Shown here piece by piece: positions 34,201-38,950 of a stretch of DNA of 64,000 nt; within the stretch, counting starts at the first letter, position 1; each line of letters begins with the position of its first letter. A program made the translations under genes and the position numbers. The notes beneath the pieces are model-generated. The model was not told where the DNA came from, ran no database searches, and worked only from the letters and a program-made list of their open reading frames with translations. Source of the DNA: Myxococcales bacterium (lineage in GTDB: Bacteria; Myxococcota_A; UBA9042; JABWCM01; BTVJ01); assembly GCA_045863395.1 (NCBI GenBank), contig BTVJ01000010.1, positions 32,001 through 96,000 on the forward strand, in the 5' to 3' direction.

Positions 34201-37004
34201 CGTGGGCGTACACCGTCAATGCGCGGGGTCAGCGGGAGGCAACCACGGACCCGCTCGGCCTGACGACCACCACCACCCATGACGCGGCGGGCCACGTCAC
34301 GGCTCTGACGCTGACGGACGGGGCGGCGTGGGAGGCAGACTACGACGGCGCGGGGCGCCTCCTGGAGGTGCGCCGGACTCCGCCTGGTGGCGCGACCACC
34401 GCAGAGACCCACGTCTACGCGCCGCGCCTCAACGGGGACGGGGACGTCGTCGGCCAGCGCGTCACGGTCACGGACGCCACGGGAACCTGGACCCTGGACG
34501 AGGACCAGCGCGGACGGGTGGTGGGCGTGACCGACGCCGCGGGCCGCACGGTCAAGCGCACCTATGACCTGCGAGGGCGCCTCGTGGCGGAGACGGACGC
34601 GGACGGCCGGGTCACCGAGTCGACGTGGGAGTCCGTGGGCTTCGGCATGGAGCGGCAGACCCTCCGGGTGGACGGGGTCGTCGTGGAGACGACGGACCGA
34701 GACCGGGCGGGGCGCGTCGTGGGGAGGTCCCGCGCGGGCATCGAGGAGACGCTGTACTACGACGGCGGCGCGACGCGCCCATCCCAGCGCCAGCTCCCGG
34801 GGGTGACCGAGGCCACCACCTGGGACGGCTTCGGGCTTCCGGTCCAGCGCTCCCTGATCACGGACGACGCCACCTGGACCACGGTGTGGGAGAACGACGG
34901 GGGCCTCGAGATGGCCCTGACCTCGCCCTTCGGCGGCCGCTGGTCGGTCACGCGCGACCCCTTGGGCCGCATCACGAGCGCGACCACTCCCCTCGACGCG
35001 ACCACCGTCGTGACCTGGGACCCGCACGGCAACCTGGCCTCGGTGGTGGACGCCAACGGACGCCCCGTGGCGACCTTGACCTACGACGCCCTGGACCGGG
35101 TGGCCACCCGCACCGTGGGCGCGCAGACCTTCACCTACACGTGGGACGCGGGCGGGCGCCTCGTCGCCATCGAGAGCACGGCGGGCAACCGCGTCGACCT
35201 GACTCTGGACGAGCGGGGGCGCATGGTCGCGCAGGCGGCGACGGCGGACGACGCTCCTGGGGTCTCCGCCACCTACGCGTGGGACGCCCAGGATCGCGTC
35301 ATCGCCGCCCAGACCGCCGAGGTGAGCGTGGCGACCGTCTGGGACGACTCCGCGCGCTCCCGCGCCGTCACGGCGGACTTCGGCGCCTTCTCCAAGACCT
35401 GGACCGAGCGGACCGACGCGCGAGGCCGCCTCGCCTCCCTCACGCTCCCGGACGGCACGGGCGTCAGCTACGGCTTCGCCCCCGACGGGACGCTCCTGAC
35501 CGTCGCCGTGGACGGCGAGGGCGCGCTGGTCGCGGTCCAGGAGACCCCGCTCCGCCGAGCCCTGACGACCCCGGACGGCACCGTGATCACCCACGAGCAC
35601 GACGCGCTGGGGCGGCTCCTGCACACGACCGTGACTCATGCAGGCACGACGCTCCTCGAGCGCCGCTACGTGTGGGAGGCGTACCGCCTGGTCGCCATCG
35701 AGAGCGAGCACGGCGACTACGCCTACACCTATGACGCGGCGGATCGCCTGACGGAAGCGACGACCCCAGGCCTGCCCCCCTTCGAGGCGACCTACGACCC
35801 GGTGGGCAACCGCCTGACCGACGGCGCCGGCGCCTGGACCTGGGACACGGCCGGTCTCCTCGCGTCCATCGGCGACGCAACGTTCGGCTGGGACGCCCGG
35901 GGCAACCTCCTCTCCCGCACGGACATCGGCCACACCTACCAGTGGAGCGCCGCCAACCAGCTCGTGGGCGTGACCGGCTCCGTGGAGGCGAGCTACGGGT
36001 ACGGCCCGAGCGGGGAGCGGGTGCGCAAGACCGTGGACGGCCAGACGACCTGGTCCCTCTGGTCGGACCGGGGTCTCCTGGCGGAGTACGACGCCGACGG
36101 GGTGGAGCTGCGGGCCTGGGCTCCGACGCCGGGGGCGCCCTTCAACACGGCCCCGGTGCTCCAGAGGACGGGCGGGCTCATCGCATGGACGGTGCTGGAC
36201 CACCGGGGCGCCCCCATCGCCCTGGTGCGCGGAGGCACCGTCGTGTGGGCCGTGACCCTTGAGCCCTTCGGCCAGGGCCACGCCCTCGTCTCCACCGTCG
36301 ACTGCCCGCTGCGCCCGTCGGGCCAGGTCGCGGACCCGGAGACGGGCCTGCACTACAACAGCGCCCGCATGTTCGACCCGCGCCTCGGCCGCTACCTGAG
36401 CCTGGACCCCGAGCTGGAGCAGCAGGGCGACCCCAACCTCTACCAGTTCGCCGACGCGAGCCCCCTCATCCGGGAGGACGTCCTCGGCACCAAGGGCAAG
36501 TGGAGCGGCGGATGCAGCACGAGCGGCAAGTGCAACGGCGGCGCCGGCTTCAGCGCTGGCGCCTACGAGGGCGTCGGCGGTGAGGTCGGCGCAGGGGCCG
36601 AGCTCACGACGGAGGACTGCTGCAAGGACGGCCAGCCCGTGCGCAACGGCAAGACCTGCCTCAACTTCAAGGGCTCCGCGGAGGGAGGCTTCGGGCTCGG
36701 CGCCAAGGGAAGCCTCGGCGGCGTGGGCACGGGCGCGTCCGGCAAGCTGGCCACGGCGGGCCTCTCCGCCAACTGCTCGGTCTGCAACAAGTGCGGCGAG
36801 TCGACCACGGAGCGGGAGTGCTGCGGCGGCGCGTCCATCAACGGCCCGAGCATCGGCGGGAGCATCGGCTTCGTGAAGGCCGGCCTCTCCTCGGGCAGCT
36901 TCGGCACCAAGCTCTGCTACAACTTCGACAGCGGCAAGTGGACCTTCACCCCGCCGGGATTCTCGGGTCCGTCCGGCACGCTGGGGGCAGGCGGCGATCT
37001 CTGA
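16266..37004 (+). CDS. Giant secreted multidomain adhesin-like RHS/YD-repeat protein (6912 aa)
   Basis: GGAGG RBS and signal peptide MSAALRTLIAVAMLVPGAAAA/Q. Fibrinogen-like (SGVYWL..FCDLDTDGGGWTLC), discoidin-like (TNVALGRKATA..AVDG..YW), DUF2341-like, many FN3/Ig repeats, carboxypeptidase-regulatory-like domain. YD repeats run from ~33400; RHS core PLRPSGQVADPETGLHYNSARMFDPRLGRYLSLDP..NLYQF..PLIREDVLG. Confidence 0.92.
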   Translation: MSAALRTLIAVAMLVPGAAAAQNLLVNGSCDDALVGAEIPGWTEVTGTSWTRRSSSPGARDGSYYFYAGANAAAELAQSVDVSSMAADIDGGAHAFRFSGFIRSFDQAPSDTARIVVEYRSGAGTVLDAFDTGPTAYFVAWTPISDTRTAPVGTRTIRVRLESIRFNGTNNDGYFDGLRLVALGAPPAVAGTATRIEDLRAEATEGGVRLRWTAPTAGLRRGLSPDLPALDCVDVAETGNTASGVYWLATEGGPSRAFCDLDTDGGGWTLCYTATTTVRLASETTYDPALPYGTDGYRADCRGVPFRDVLYVNHDGGDHAWFRRDAAGDVTMGELGYNTNGAELGTFTGHGATDAGVPYQLMVCDTTNWYPGLMVSGAGSCWKSCGNWCSDSTSLYYRMRGLSYVGAAFNQPGHRDLQPKRLSVGVRRRVPNPPPGASTYEVRSSAVAITDAAPWEPTPSRGEHDGTVDDGALTLAPPVAGVVDDRARVLAVESGLTVPLGVAVTDGAWIYAKPQAGSGPSIFWKIGSGMGGTVAGQVESSVGPDTTASMSAAYLDGFIYNPISGNPYALERLDVATGVLETVAVPDGLLRRDTGRVEAGGEILIGSDGQHLLCLAHSIEGGSLNGWRLRTYGVGPLGEPDLLDESLIFTTSYAARSVLADGSVVIPMPWGNSSGTARILAVLDPATLAQVRTSSIIQCSSCWDFDAPAGGGYDPLHGLFWVGDGVRPRLAAFPATRVTSAGTFTSEAHDFGAPVTLGSITWDAEIPAGASATVSARTSQDLATWSAFAPVSASGGTPAVPAGRYAQVRVTMSRGSNAPRVRGLHVSASGETWSAATPVTGAPEPGPPGTPQEMVVPVAPGEAWFAIRAVTTAPGPASVPAHRPAGTAITLDSPPDGATVAGLVPVQVTAAATSVELRVDGALVATLEAPSAPAAQAASPRWRLSRTVRVDDAGPGLSATTTVSVPLDVADLIPRGFVRPDLSDLRLLGSEELPRLRHRDGTLRFRLPRPIPPGGTDTFTLVMGGDPSGPAPDSPGSVALFHDDFEGGDARWTNLQGPWAVAEVGGRTAMQRAVTSETLGGGVRAWLTQAEPGPLPQSFDLEALVRSPSGYSNAYWGFFLYGSAVTVNDATYIGSNHLIHHTWTTNGGYTEIQSVSDFVRLDHWHRLSAHVRGVTFDTRLDGTLTVFGRPGHGPAGTVGLWSEATYGAGTAPAWYDDLTIWDRGVLPPRVVLGPETPAPTTPSTWTWAWDTTSLAPGTHTIEARAVDAFGSASATAVVTVEAPVVSTPTLTAPADGALVEGTTVHVTGTAPAGSVVTVTVDGEPAATTTAAGGTPWVVEAEAPSNTVTGGMIVGGAIHVGSWPGPSTTNVALGRKATANKTYSGSYPASQAVDGRPESGAGTYWLAPNGAKDAHVTVDLGAPHVVDRIRVINTRNGSFNDRSTKDYRLGISMDGVTFTVVASGTLADDDWTTWVTSTLAPPLVARHVRFYADTYFGSGAGLGELEVYGTEQGAWARVETPWHALPGTLVSFTADASGAAHEVSVEGETWLPISALPGLSLPAGQARLRTTLVRSSLTSDPWVDRLQVVASGAGGGPGAFATDVPVIGGIHQIAASATLGAVTSSPSATVTIDVDPAPPGAVNDLLATPGAAQGSVVLTWTAPGDDGAAGTAAAYQIWRHSAPLSANLLQVATVVPAPAPAAGGTPESLTVTGLATGTTYHWILRAVDDRGQEAPLSNGSSTIPGDTTAPSLTITAPVGGAHLRSSQTLTATATDPSGVATVTWKVDGTTVAVATTPFSATIDTAGWADGQHTIVGEARDTFGNLTTKQVTVTFDNTAPSLALDPVASPRATAVTVTYTTSDALTPAGQLVVRDQDGRAPPLVYGDEGPRTVTVTSTDLAGNVASALVAFLIDQTGPAPIVDLEATPGGGGVELAWTAPSDALTSVASYEVRVAAAGGTAFGTGADGPLSVTGTVTVDSVRTPVVGDVPAGSTTVPVVNAAGFQAGDEVILWDAQGPLSPGRWTSRRLSGVAGGALLLDAPLADALPGATDQVVAQRVPQYTNVTVNAGGILTASPWDGQTGGLVAFRATGTVTILAGGKIDASGLGFRGSPASGTWQCRRNQSGGGGEGLLGHLAADQPNAHVNGGGGALRVTCTDAAGGGGGGNAAPGTPGEDWTCSLGGKGGAAVDDHGFTRLLLGGGGGEGGADNDGGAPGIGGRGGGAVVLSTASILIDGELTSRGKAGGNACQSCAGCSGSGCGMGGGGGGAGGSVLVRAGAFDLNVGLVDVAGGSGGLHVGSCGGNGGAGGAGRVRIEADTVAGPVPGAVTGALSAFDWAAATPVEGAPTPGAPGAAESMTATELPAGSLLFAVRSRDAVGNLSPLSNVPGVDSAPPTVTIDDPLDGETVTRPVAVQVTATDDVGVLSVRFAVDGQELSVDTAPPWRHDLDIRALVPGPHEISVVATDTSGMEAQAAVTVVIAPAPPAAPVILAPEEGALVRTATPAIGGSAEAWTTVHVYADGDLVASVPSAKAATLSWEAEADAVARHGLTIDGGQVAIAPAGGTATNLALLPGTVVTGGTDTSTAVDGKTTYWWASWRTSAACTEVPTRLGRVALAAPALIDHIRLGLFDDGRQFYGYRVEVSQDGHEWVTWADTAGSGLDYTGDQELSGPPRMIRYVDIWVTGSTTGCDAIVSEVGIFAATSGLGGVALFPLVADPTATLATGFEASESPADGSITWEVLATGDLLADTFEGNAVDPERWVQAGTTVAAGVASVTGTGTWGQRYLIGRKRAFRTGDVVLSARLFPTTGSRSMVGIKDQDTTTTYTALIYGLHFDAGTLNVYEDGTLRGSVGTYTQAQWIDVRIEVGDPAGATTWIRPAGGDWSQVYASAYSAEADLRPALIVRTGTVQLDAMTLRARAWWPMERLSDADLAASRLQVRAHLTRPNVEATSPTVDVASLLLSDGALGAGPGAFRAVVPLADGAHTVTAVCEDAVGSGPPSPPVTFTVDSGPPDAITDLTGVALPGGVVQLGWTAPASEPVTSYLVYRSSTPIEDVSQHQPIATTAATGFLDASNQSATFHYVVVAVDLAGNRSAPSNAVVVVSDKAGPTATVATNPPSPLGLGDVEVVFTLSEPVQAGAVFRFVPPGGAPVTLSAVADSPLVHRATLAITEAMASGQAEFTWSGVDLTGNAGTAVPTGRYVTLDTVRPTATISLTPPPPLGPGSVAVKVLSSEPLSAVPGLAFAPEGKGPTPIPLSGAGGLYQGTLTVTPALGDGVGVFSFQGTDAVGNVGTTLTKGGTAIIDTTPPAPPTDLAAVKTPTGAISLTWSQPGDASTWRVYRDRDPLTSTAGLTPAVTATTTSALDLPPEDGLWHYAVVAVDAAGNASGPSDGASVVASPPPPEDPTGLTVVAAGLTTVTVGWIPSIDSQGTLTGYRVYRDGALVQTLSPSATATTLGGLSPASGAAVRVTAFDAANRESLGATVQAWTLVPNPADLAAEGQDGRVELEWTPSLAPAVLHQAIYMGEAPFGTVAGLLPVATVAPGAASASVLGLTNGQPLWFAVVAVNQSGLFEPAVTPVGATPADHEAPNPPTALKVVESLATSVVLSFTPSTSADLAGYTLKRNGTQVATLPAGASGYTLGGLPTASSNALALAAYDGSGNQSAAATVTAVTLLPNPSGVTVTPHDQSLTVTWAHAQPVLLVKTYRVYAEPAPFTSVTGLTPRVTKWGTSATITGLFNGQPTWVAVTTVNDSDGETQAVTPVSAIPQDDAPPANPGSVTVTASDGTSVTLAWTAPPNPTGDLAGTRLYLDGALVATVGPTLTTHTLTGLAPGSSYAVRLTSFDAAGNESAGATLTVYTTLPNPPVTGVTPGHGSLTLAWTPATPASNVGGQALYVGTAPFVTVAGKAPALVVGPTATSGKVVGLTNGQVAHVAVVTVSKSGGFDPAVVSVPGTPAKDTVGPSLASVTFAGAPLADPVTGDGAFAVDATDAEGVAWVRFLVDGESIGQDPSSSGGWSVAWSPDAAGNGPHALRVEAQDVHGNGSSLDAPFVVTLGPPPPPTLTSPADGAVVGTSTLLVSGTAKAGSLVAVRAGEAAATISANPSGSFTTAITLAPGPNVLTATATGVGGESAPSAPIGVTLDTVTPLAPKALSAVGGEAGAITLSWADAGDSSPSGTQGYRVWRAAAPFTAVGQATLVTATPVTALKVTDLPPADGAWWYGVTKLSKAGLESGLSSLATATSDSTPPTVQLVWTPQGASGGGKVGVGPLALTATFSEPLLATPFLALTPAGGTPMTIQLAKAGDTFTGTAQVTESTPSGTAWAVVSARDLVGNRGTQITGGGTVTLDTRAPEVASLVTDPPAPIANDPDAPVTVSVTVTLDEAMPAGVAPSLTWRLLATHPEPSTVPLASLDPLTWVGGLTLPTTAGAPPEALAFAWLAVDELGNEGTTIHGPAEIEVYQGALPPLAAPLGLKAEPQPGGHIALSWIPVAGASATRVYRRPPGGAHTLIAEVLDPSHTDLPDADGPWVYAVASVRTVGSAVAESPKSPEATATSDRVPPGAPLALALSLTGQGVVAQWSPPPYTEPVTYRLLRSADPITTAEGATVVGSGIPGTSAADPAPTTAERTYAVVAADAVGNLSAPSANQMINAALLPVAALTAVRGAGAPVLTWTHGASDLAGFRVTVDGATEPGLLAAPPFTDAAWEGGSRTYGVSAVDDLGDASPEHLLTLPDLTATLASGSVRRNVISRLTWSLTSPTTVAGVTLALDLGASAAAAPPVTVGPAPTLVDLVVAGAPSLPDAVDATLGMSVTPAPGDGVLIESAAPLTVTNDGYLLQVQSQALVRGAPTQVRLVLQNTSDVTAEVVTATGAGSKPSDQVRFRLEDPDGNLLATAALHQGLGEGVVQVPNGQTVGRAQPGQAFTSAWTTLAVPEAAPDTVVLRAVVDAVHYDLGKAGHVQVPGPSSSQTLTLVPPPYDAAVTSATPSVSQGEAPILIAGNAWQPSGAPAGKVTVRITLTLAGFVRTFDVQTAADGTFTLPFLPPAAEGGVYEVRAGYPGLGDTAPEATFTVNKVVVTPKAPTLTLATGYPTTLALTAAATPGLALTALRVEVVQAPAGITLELPPPQDATGTVSLPIMVTGGAPAPTSSYFLLRVLSDEGTWGELKVTYTLTPAGPALTWSPAFVQTGVARGDVVSETVTIANEGTLVAAGVSVSLLSSTKTTAPTWAFVQSGKQLGDLAVGAKVPVTLTFAPQPSTPLSVGGPTQLWLRVTALGQLPKDVPVYVTVDDSGVGTALFKVSDIYTATLGPDGQLIEGLAGATVKLDKVSGTLQTVKATTDATGEASFPNLPAGTWSWRVSAPGHDAVTGTLSVKSGLTLPVAVFLPKPLVTVEWSVEETTIEDSYTIVLSATFETDVPAPVVVAEPASITLPPMEQGDVLYGEYTLTNYGLIRAEAITTKLPSAKDYKFELLAYPPPDIEAKQSVSVAYRVTRLSPKDPGGDSSGGASGCGLYSYPLGHCYTFSCANGFQSGGCASVTWVTGGSPGNGSGCGGGWWWVGGPGGPGGPISVVGGAKKCDPCEDPGMDAIERKCCKERKKQATGSSVDLVTGAYEDEVVDLSVETLGHTVTASRFWYGNAWHFGVFDGDLDLSLAKCPVVPEGAGTSKAAKAAITLLGIVYESPCVGGASTVFTSGSATISPSEDGWRWQDASGQWRAFTMAGKLLSWGDRAGRAVSVDRDGSGRVIAYRDHFGALALTWAWGADGKVAAAETADGRRVEYTWEAGRLTRVKDPVGRETLYTYDTKGRLTVKQHPSGLVLAITYDGGGNVASVLDQDGAGWFFQYGHDAGSEQDYAAVLGTDGHVDERWWSKTGALVKRTIDGEPVPELDPASVVDLGPSGNIEATWTLDGQKRDTWEYGPWGLPATREDARGTVTAWTWDVNGDLTRLVKAAGTSAKDIVDHVRDGVGRLTQMVARGDGAVTPRTWAYTVNARGQREATTDPLGLTTTTTHDAAGHVTALTLTDGAAWEADYDGAGRLLEVRRTPPGGATTAETHVYAPRLNGDGDVVGQRVTVTDATGTWTLDEDQRGRVVGVTDAAGRTVKRTYDLRGRLVAETDADGRVTESTWESVGFGMERQTLRVDGVVVETTDRDRAGRVVGRSRAGIEETLYYDGGATRPSQRQLPGVTEATTWDGFGLPVQRSLITDDATWTTVWENDGGLEMALTSPFGGRWSVTRDPLGRITSATTPLDATTVVTWDPHGNLASVVDANGRPVATLTYDALDRVATRTVGAQTFTYTWDAGGRLVAIESTAGNRVDLTLDERGRMVAQAATADDAPGVSATYAWDAQDRVIAAQTAEVSVATVWDDSARSRAVTADFGAFSKTWTERTDARGRLASLTLPDGTGVSYGFAPDGTLLTVAVDGEGALVAVQETPLRRALTTPDGTVITHEHDALGRLLHTTVTHAGTTLLERRYVWEAYRLVAIESEHGDYAYTYDAADRLTEATTPGLPPFEATYDPVGNRLTDGAGAWTWDTAGLLASIGDATFGWDARGNLLSRTDIGHTYQWSAANQLVGVTGSVEASYGYGPSGERVRKTVDGQTTWSLWSDRGLLAEYDADGVELRAWAPTPGAPFNTAPVLQRTGGLIAWTVLDHRGAPIALVRGGTVVWAVTLEPFGQGHALVSTVDCPLRPSGQVADPETGLHYNSARMFDPRLGRYLSLDPELEQQGDPNLYQFADASPLIREDVLGTKGKWSGGCSTSGKCNGGAGFSAGAYEGVGGEVGAGAELTTEDCCKDGQPVRNGKTCLNFKGSAEGGFGLGAKGSLGGVGTGASGKLATAGLSANCSVCNKCGESTTERECCGGASINGPSIGGSIGFVKAGLSSGSFGTKLCYNFDSGKWTFTPPGFSGPSGTLGAGGDL

Positions 37005-37184
37005 TCATCCGGGCCTGCGTCGGCGAAGCGCTCCTCCTCCGTCCAGAGAAAGTCGCGCCCCAGGGCGCGCACCGGGCGCCCCGGGGCGCCCACCGAACGG
37101 CTTGTACGGAACACGCACGGCCGGGGCTTCACAACGACCTGCAATTACACCACATCATCATGACGCTACCCCAACGTCATCCGC

Positions 37185-37199
37185 TGGCACAGCGCTTGC
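37185..37199 (+). promoter_or_regulatory. Sigma54 (-24/-12) promoter of the small-lipoprotein operon
   Basis: TGGCAC-AGCGC-TTGC is an exact TGGCAC-N5-TTGC consensus, intergenic and correctly oriented. Confidence 0.8.
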
Positions 37200-37352
37200 C
37201 ATGGAGTATCTCCACACTGACATCGCCTCCCCATCCGGTGGGGCGAACAGATGCTGTCCGAAGCAGGAGGGTCGGGGCGCCAACGGGGGCGCCTCGCGTG
37301 GGGCCGGGCAGACGGCCCCCATCCTCCTGCCCCATGTGGCGGGAGAGCGCGC

Positions 37353-37580
37353 ATGACTGCAACGACTCGATCCCGGTGGATGCTCCTCGGCGTGGCGTGC
37401 GCCCTGACGCTGGCCGCGGGGTGCGCGACGCCAAGGGTGATCACCCAGGCGACGTCCCGGGACGCGGAGATCAAGTTCGCCTGGAGCGACGGCGGGGACT
37501 TCGGCCTCGTCCGCTGCGCCATCGGCGACCAGGGAGCCCTGGCCGACTGCAAGGGCATCAACGTCCAGTTCAACGACTAG
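37353..37580 (+). CDS. Small lipoprotein 1 (75 aa), unknown function
   Basis: Lipobox LAAG/C; C-terminal Cys pair VRCAIGDQGALADC; GC3-rich codons. Confidence 0.8.
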   Translation: MTATTRSRWMLLGVACALTLAAGCATPRVITQATSRDAEIKFAWSDGGDFGLVRCAIGDQGALADCKGINVQFND

Positions 37581-37588
37581 GAGGCGCC

Positions 37589-37879
37589 ATGACGACCTGG
37601 ATCTCTCGGCTCGCCGGCGCCCTCACCGTGGCGGCGCTGCTCACGGGCTGCATGACGCGGCACATGGTCCGCATCGAGGATCACCCGAACCAGCCCTACA
37701 CGCTGCTCGAGTCCCTCGACCACTTCACGTACATCCCGGGCCTCTGGGAGAAGAGCGTCCACCAGTTCTGGAGCTGCAAGGACGGGGCGAGCGGCCTCGT
37801 GTGCGACAAGGCCTGCGGCGGAGACACGGGCATCGACTGTCCCGAGGGCACCATCCTCGCGACCACCAACACCCGGTAG
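37589..37879 (+). CDS. Small lipoprotein 2 (96 aa), unknown function
   Basis: AGGAGG RBS; lipobox LLTG/C; WSCKDGASGLVCDKACGGDTGIDC. Confidence 0.82.
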   Translation: MTTWISRLAGALTVAALLTGCMTRHMVRIEDHPNQPYTLLESLDHFTYIPGLWEKSVHQFWSCKDGASGLVCDKACGGDTGIDCPEGTILATTNTR

Positions 37880-37887
37880 GAGCAACC

Positions 37888-38178
37888 ATGCGCAACACAC
37901 TACGGATCCTCGCCGTGCTTGCCGCGTGCGCGTTCGCCGGCTGCGCGGTCCCCGCCGTCATGGCGGACCACTACATCGTCGGCGAGCGCTCTGTGGCCGT
38001 ACTCATGCAGCGCGCCGGCACCCTCCCCGCCGACCTGCAGAGCCAGCTCCCCGGCGACGCTGGCGCGGAGGACCTCTTCCACGTCATCGTGCGCATGTGC
38101 GACGTGCAGGCCGCCGCGGAGTCCGGCTGCAAGAGCACGCTCGTGCTGCCGAACGTCTTCCCCCAATCCATCTACTGA
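37888..38178 (+). CDS. Small lipoprotein 3 (96 aa), unknown function
   Basis: AGGAG RBS; lipobox AFAG/C; RMCDVQAAAESGC. Confidence 0.8.
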   Translation: MRNTLRILAVLAACAFAGCAVPAVMADHYIVGERSVAVLMQRAGTLPADLQSQLPGDAGAEDLFHVIVRMCDVQAAAESGCKSTLVLPNVFPQSIY

Positions 38179-38193
38179 GCCGAGGAGGAACCC

Positions 38194-38439
38194 ATGGCGA
38201 CCAGCACAAGGATCCGGGCCGCGCTCGCGCTCGCCGCGCTCCTCCTGGCCAGCGGCTGCGGCACGGCGAAGCGCTTCATCACGGTCACCCACTGGCACGG
38301 GGCCGACACGCTCTACATGGCCTACTCGGAGGACGACGGAGGCTACGCCGCCAAGGTCCTCAAGTGCCACCGGGAGGCGGACAACGCTCTGAAGTGCGGC
38401 GAGCAGAAGGCCGTCGGCGCGGTGATCAACGGCGACTGA
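38194..38439 (+). CDS. Small lipoprotein 4 (81 aa), unknown function
   Basis: GAGGAGG RBS; lipobox LASG/C; LKCHREADNALKC. Confidence 0.82.
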   Translation: MATSTRIRAALALAALLLASGCGTAKRFITVTHWHGADTLYMAYSEDDGGYAAKVLKCHREADNALKCGEQKAVGAVINGD

Positions 38440-38486
38440 CCGCTTGGGCGCCCCGAGGCGCTGGTGGGTCCGCCGCTCTGAGCGCG

Positions 38487-38783
38487 TCAGAAGCCCTTGG
38501 CGGTCGGGGCGATGAACAGCGCATGGGCGGGGTGAATCACGACGTGAGGCTCGCCGGGGAGCCCCAGCTCCGCGACGGCGGGCATCAGGCGCTCCTGGAC
38601 GAACGCGTTGAAGGCCTCGGCGCTGTCCCACACGTCCATGACGCGCATGTCGCTCCCCTCGAACCAGCACGTGTGGACCACCCCCCCGGGCGGGTGGTTG
38701 ACCTCCCAGCCGACGCGGACCCGCACCGCCTCGTACTGCTCCACCGTCACGTCCTTCCAGGTCATGTTCATCGAGATCGCCAT
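38487..38783 (-). CDS. Small dimeric alpha-beta barrel (ABM-like) protein, 98 aa
   Basis: GGAGGAG RBS; TVEQYEAV..PPGGVVH..RVMDVWDSAEAFNAF..RLMP pattern. Confidence 0.75.
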   Translation of the reverse strand: MAISMNMTWKDVTVEQYEAVRVRVGWEVNHPPGGVVHTCWFEGSDMRVMDVWDSAEAFNAFVQERLMPAVAELGLPGEPHVVIHPAHALFIAPTAKGF

Positions 38784-38891
38784 GTGCTCCTCCAAGGTTG
38801 CTGCGGCGGCACGTGAGGCCGCCTGATGTCGTCGGGATGTGAGGCATACGGGCGGCGCCCCGGGTTCGGATCGATCCTGTGTCGGATCGGG

Positions 38892-38920
38892 TTGGCATGG
38901 CCATGTCCGGCCGGTATGCT
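38892..38920 (+). promoter_or_regulatory. Sigma70-type promoter of the ABC transporter operon
   Basis: TTGGCA-N17-TATGCT, 30 nt upstream of GTG 38951. Confidence 0.6.
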
Positions 38921-38950
38921 CCACCGCTCCCACGGACGGGGAGGCGAGCG

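Noticed and set aside
8882..36353. Very long antisense or alternate-frame ORFs (e.g. 8882-13792 -, 19418-23599 +, 21513-25214 -, 27440-31408 +, 33201-36353 -)
   Set aside because: Arg/Gly/Pro-rich shadows of high-GC genes, with no domains or RBSs.
37005..37352. Cognate immunity gene directly after the RHS tip
   Set aside because: No plausible coupled ORF; the region looks regulatory (sigma54 site, hairpins).
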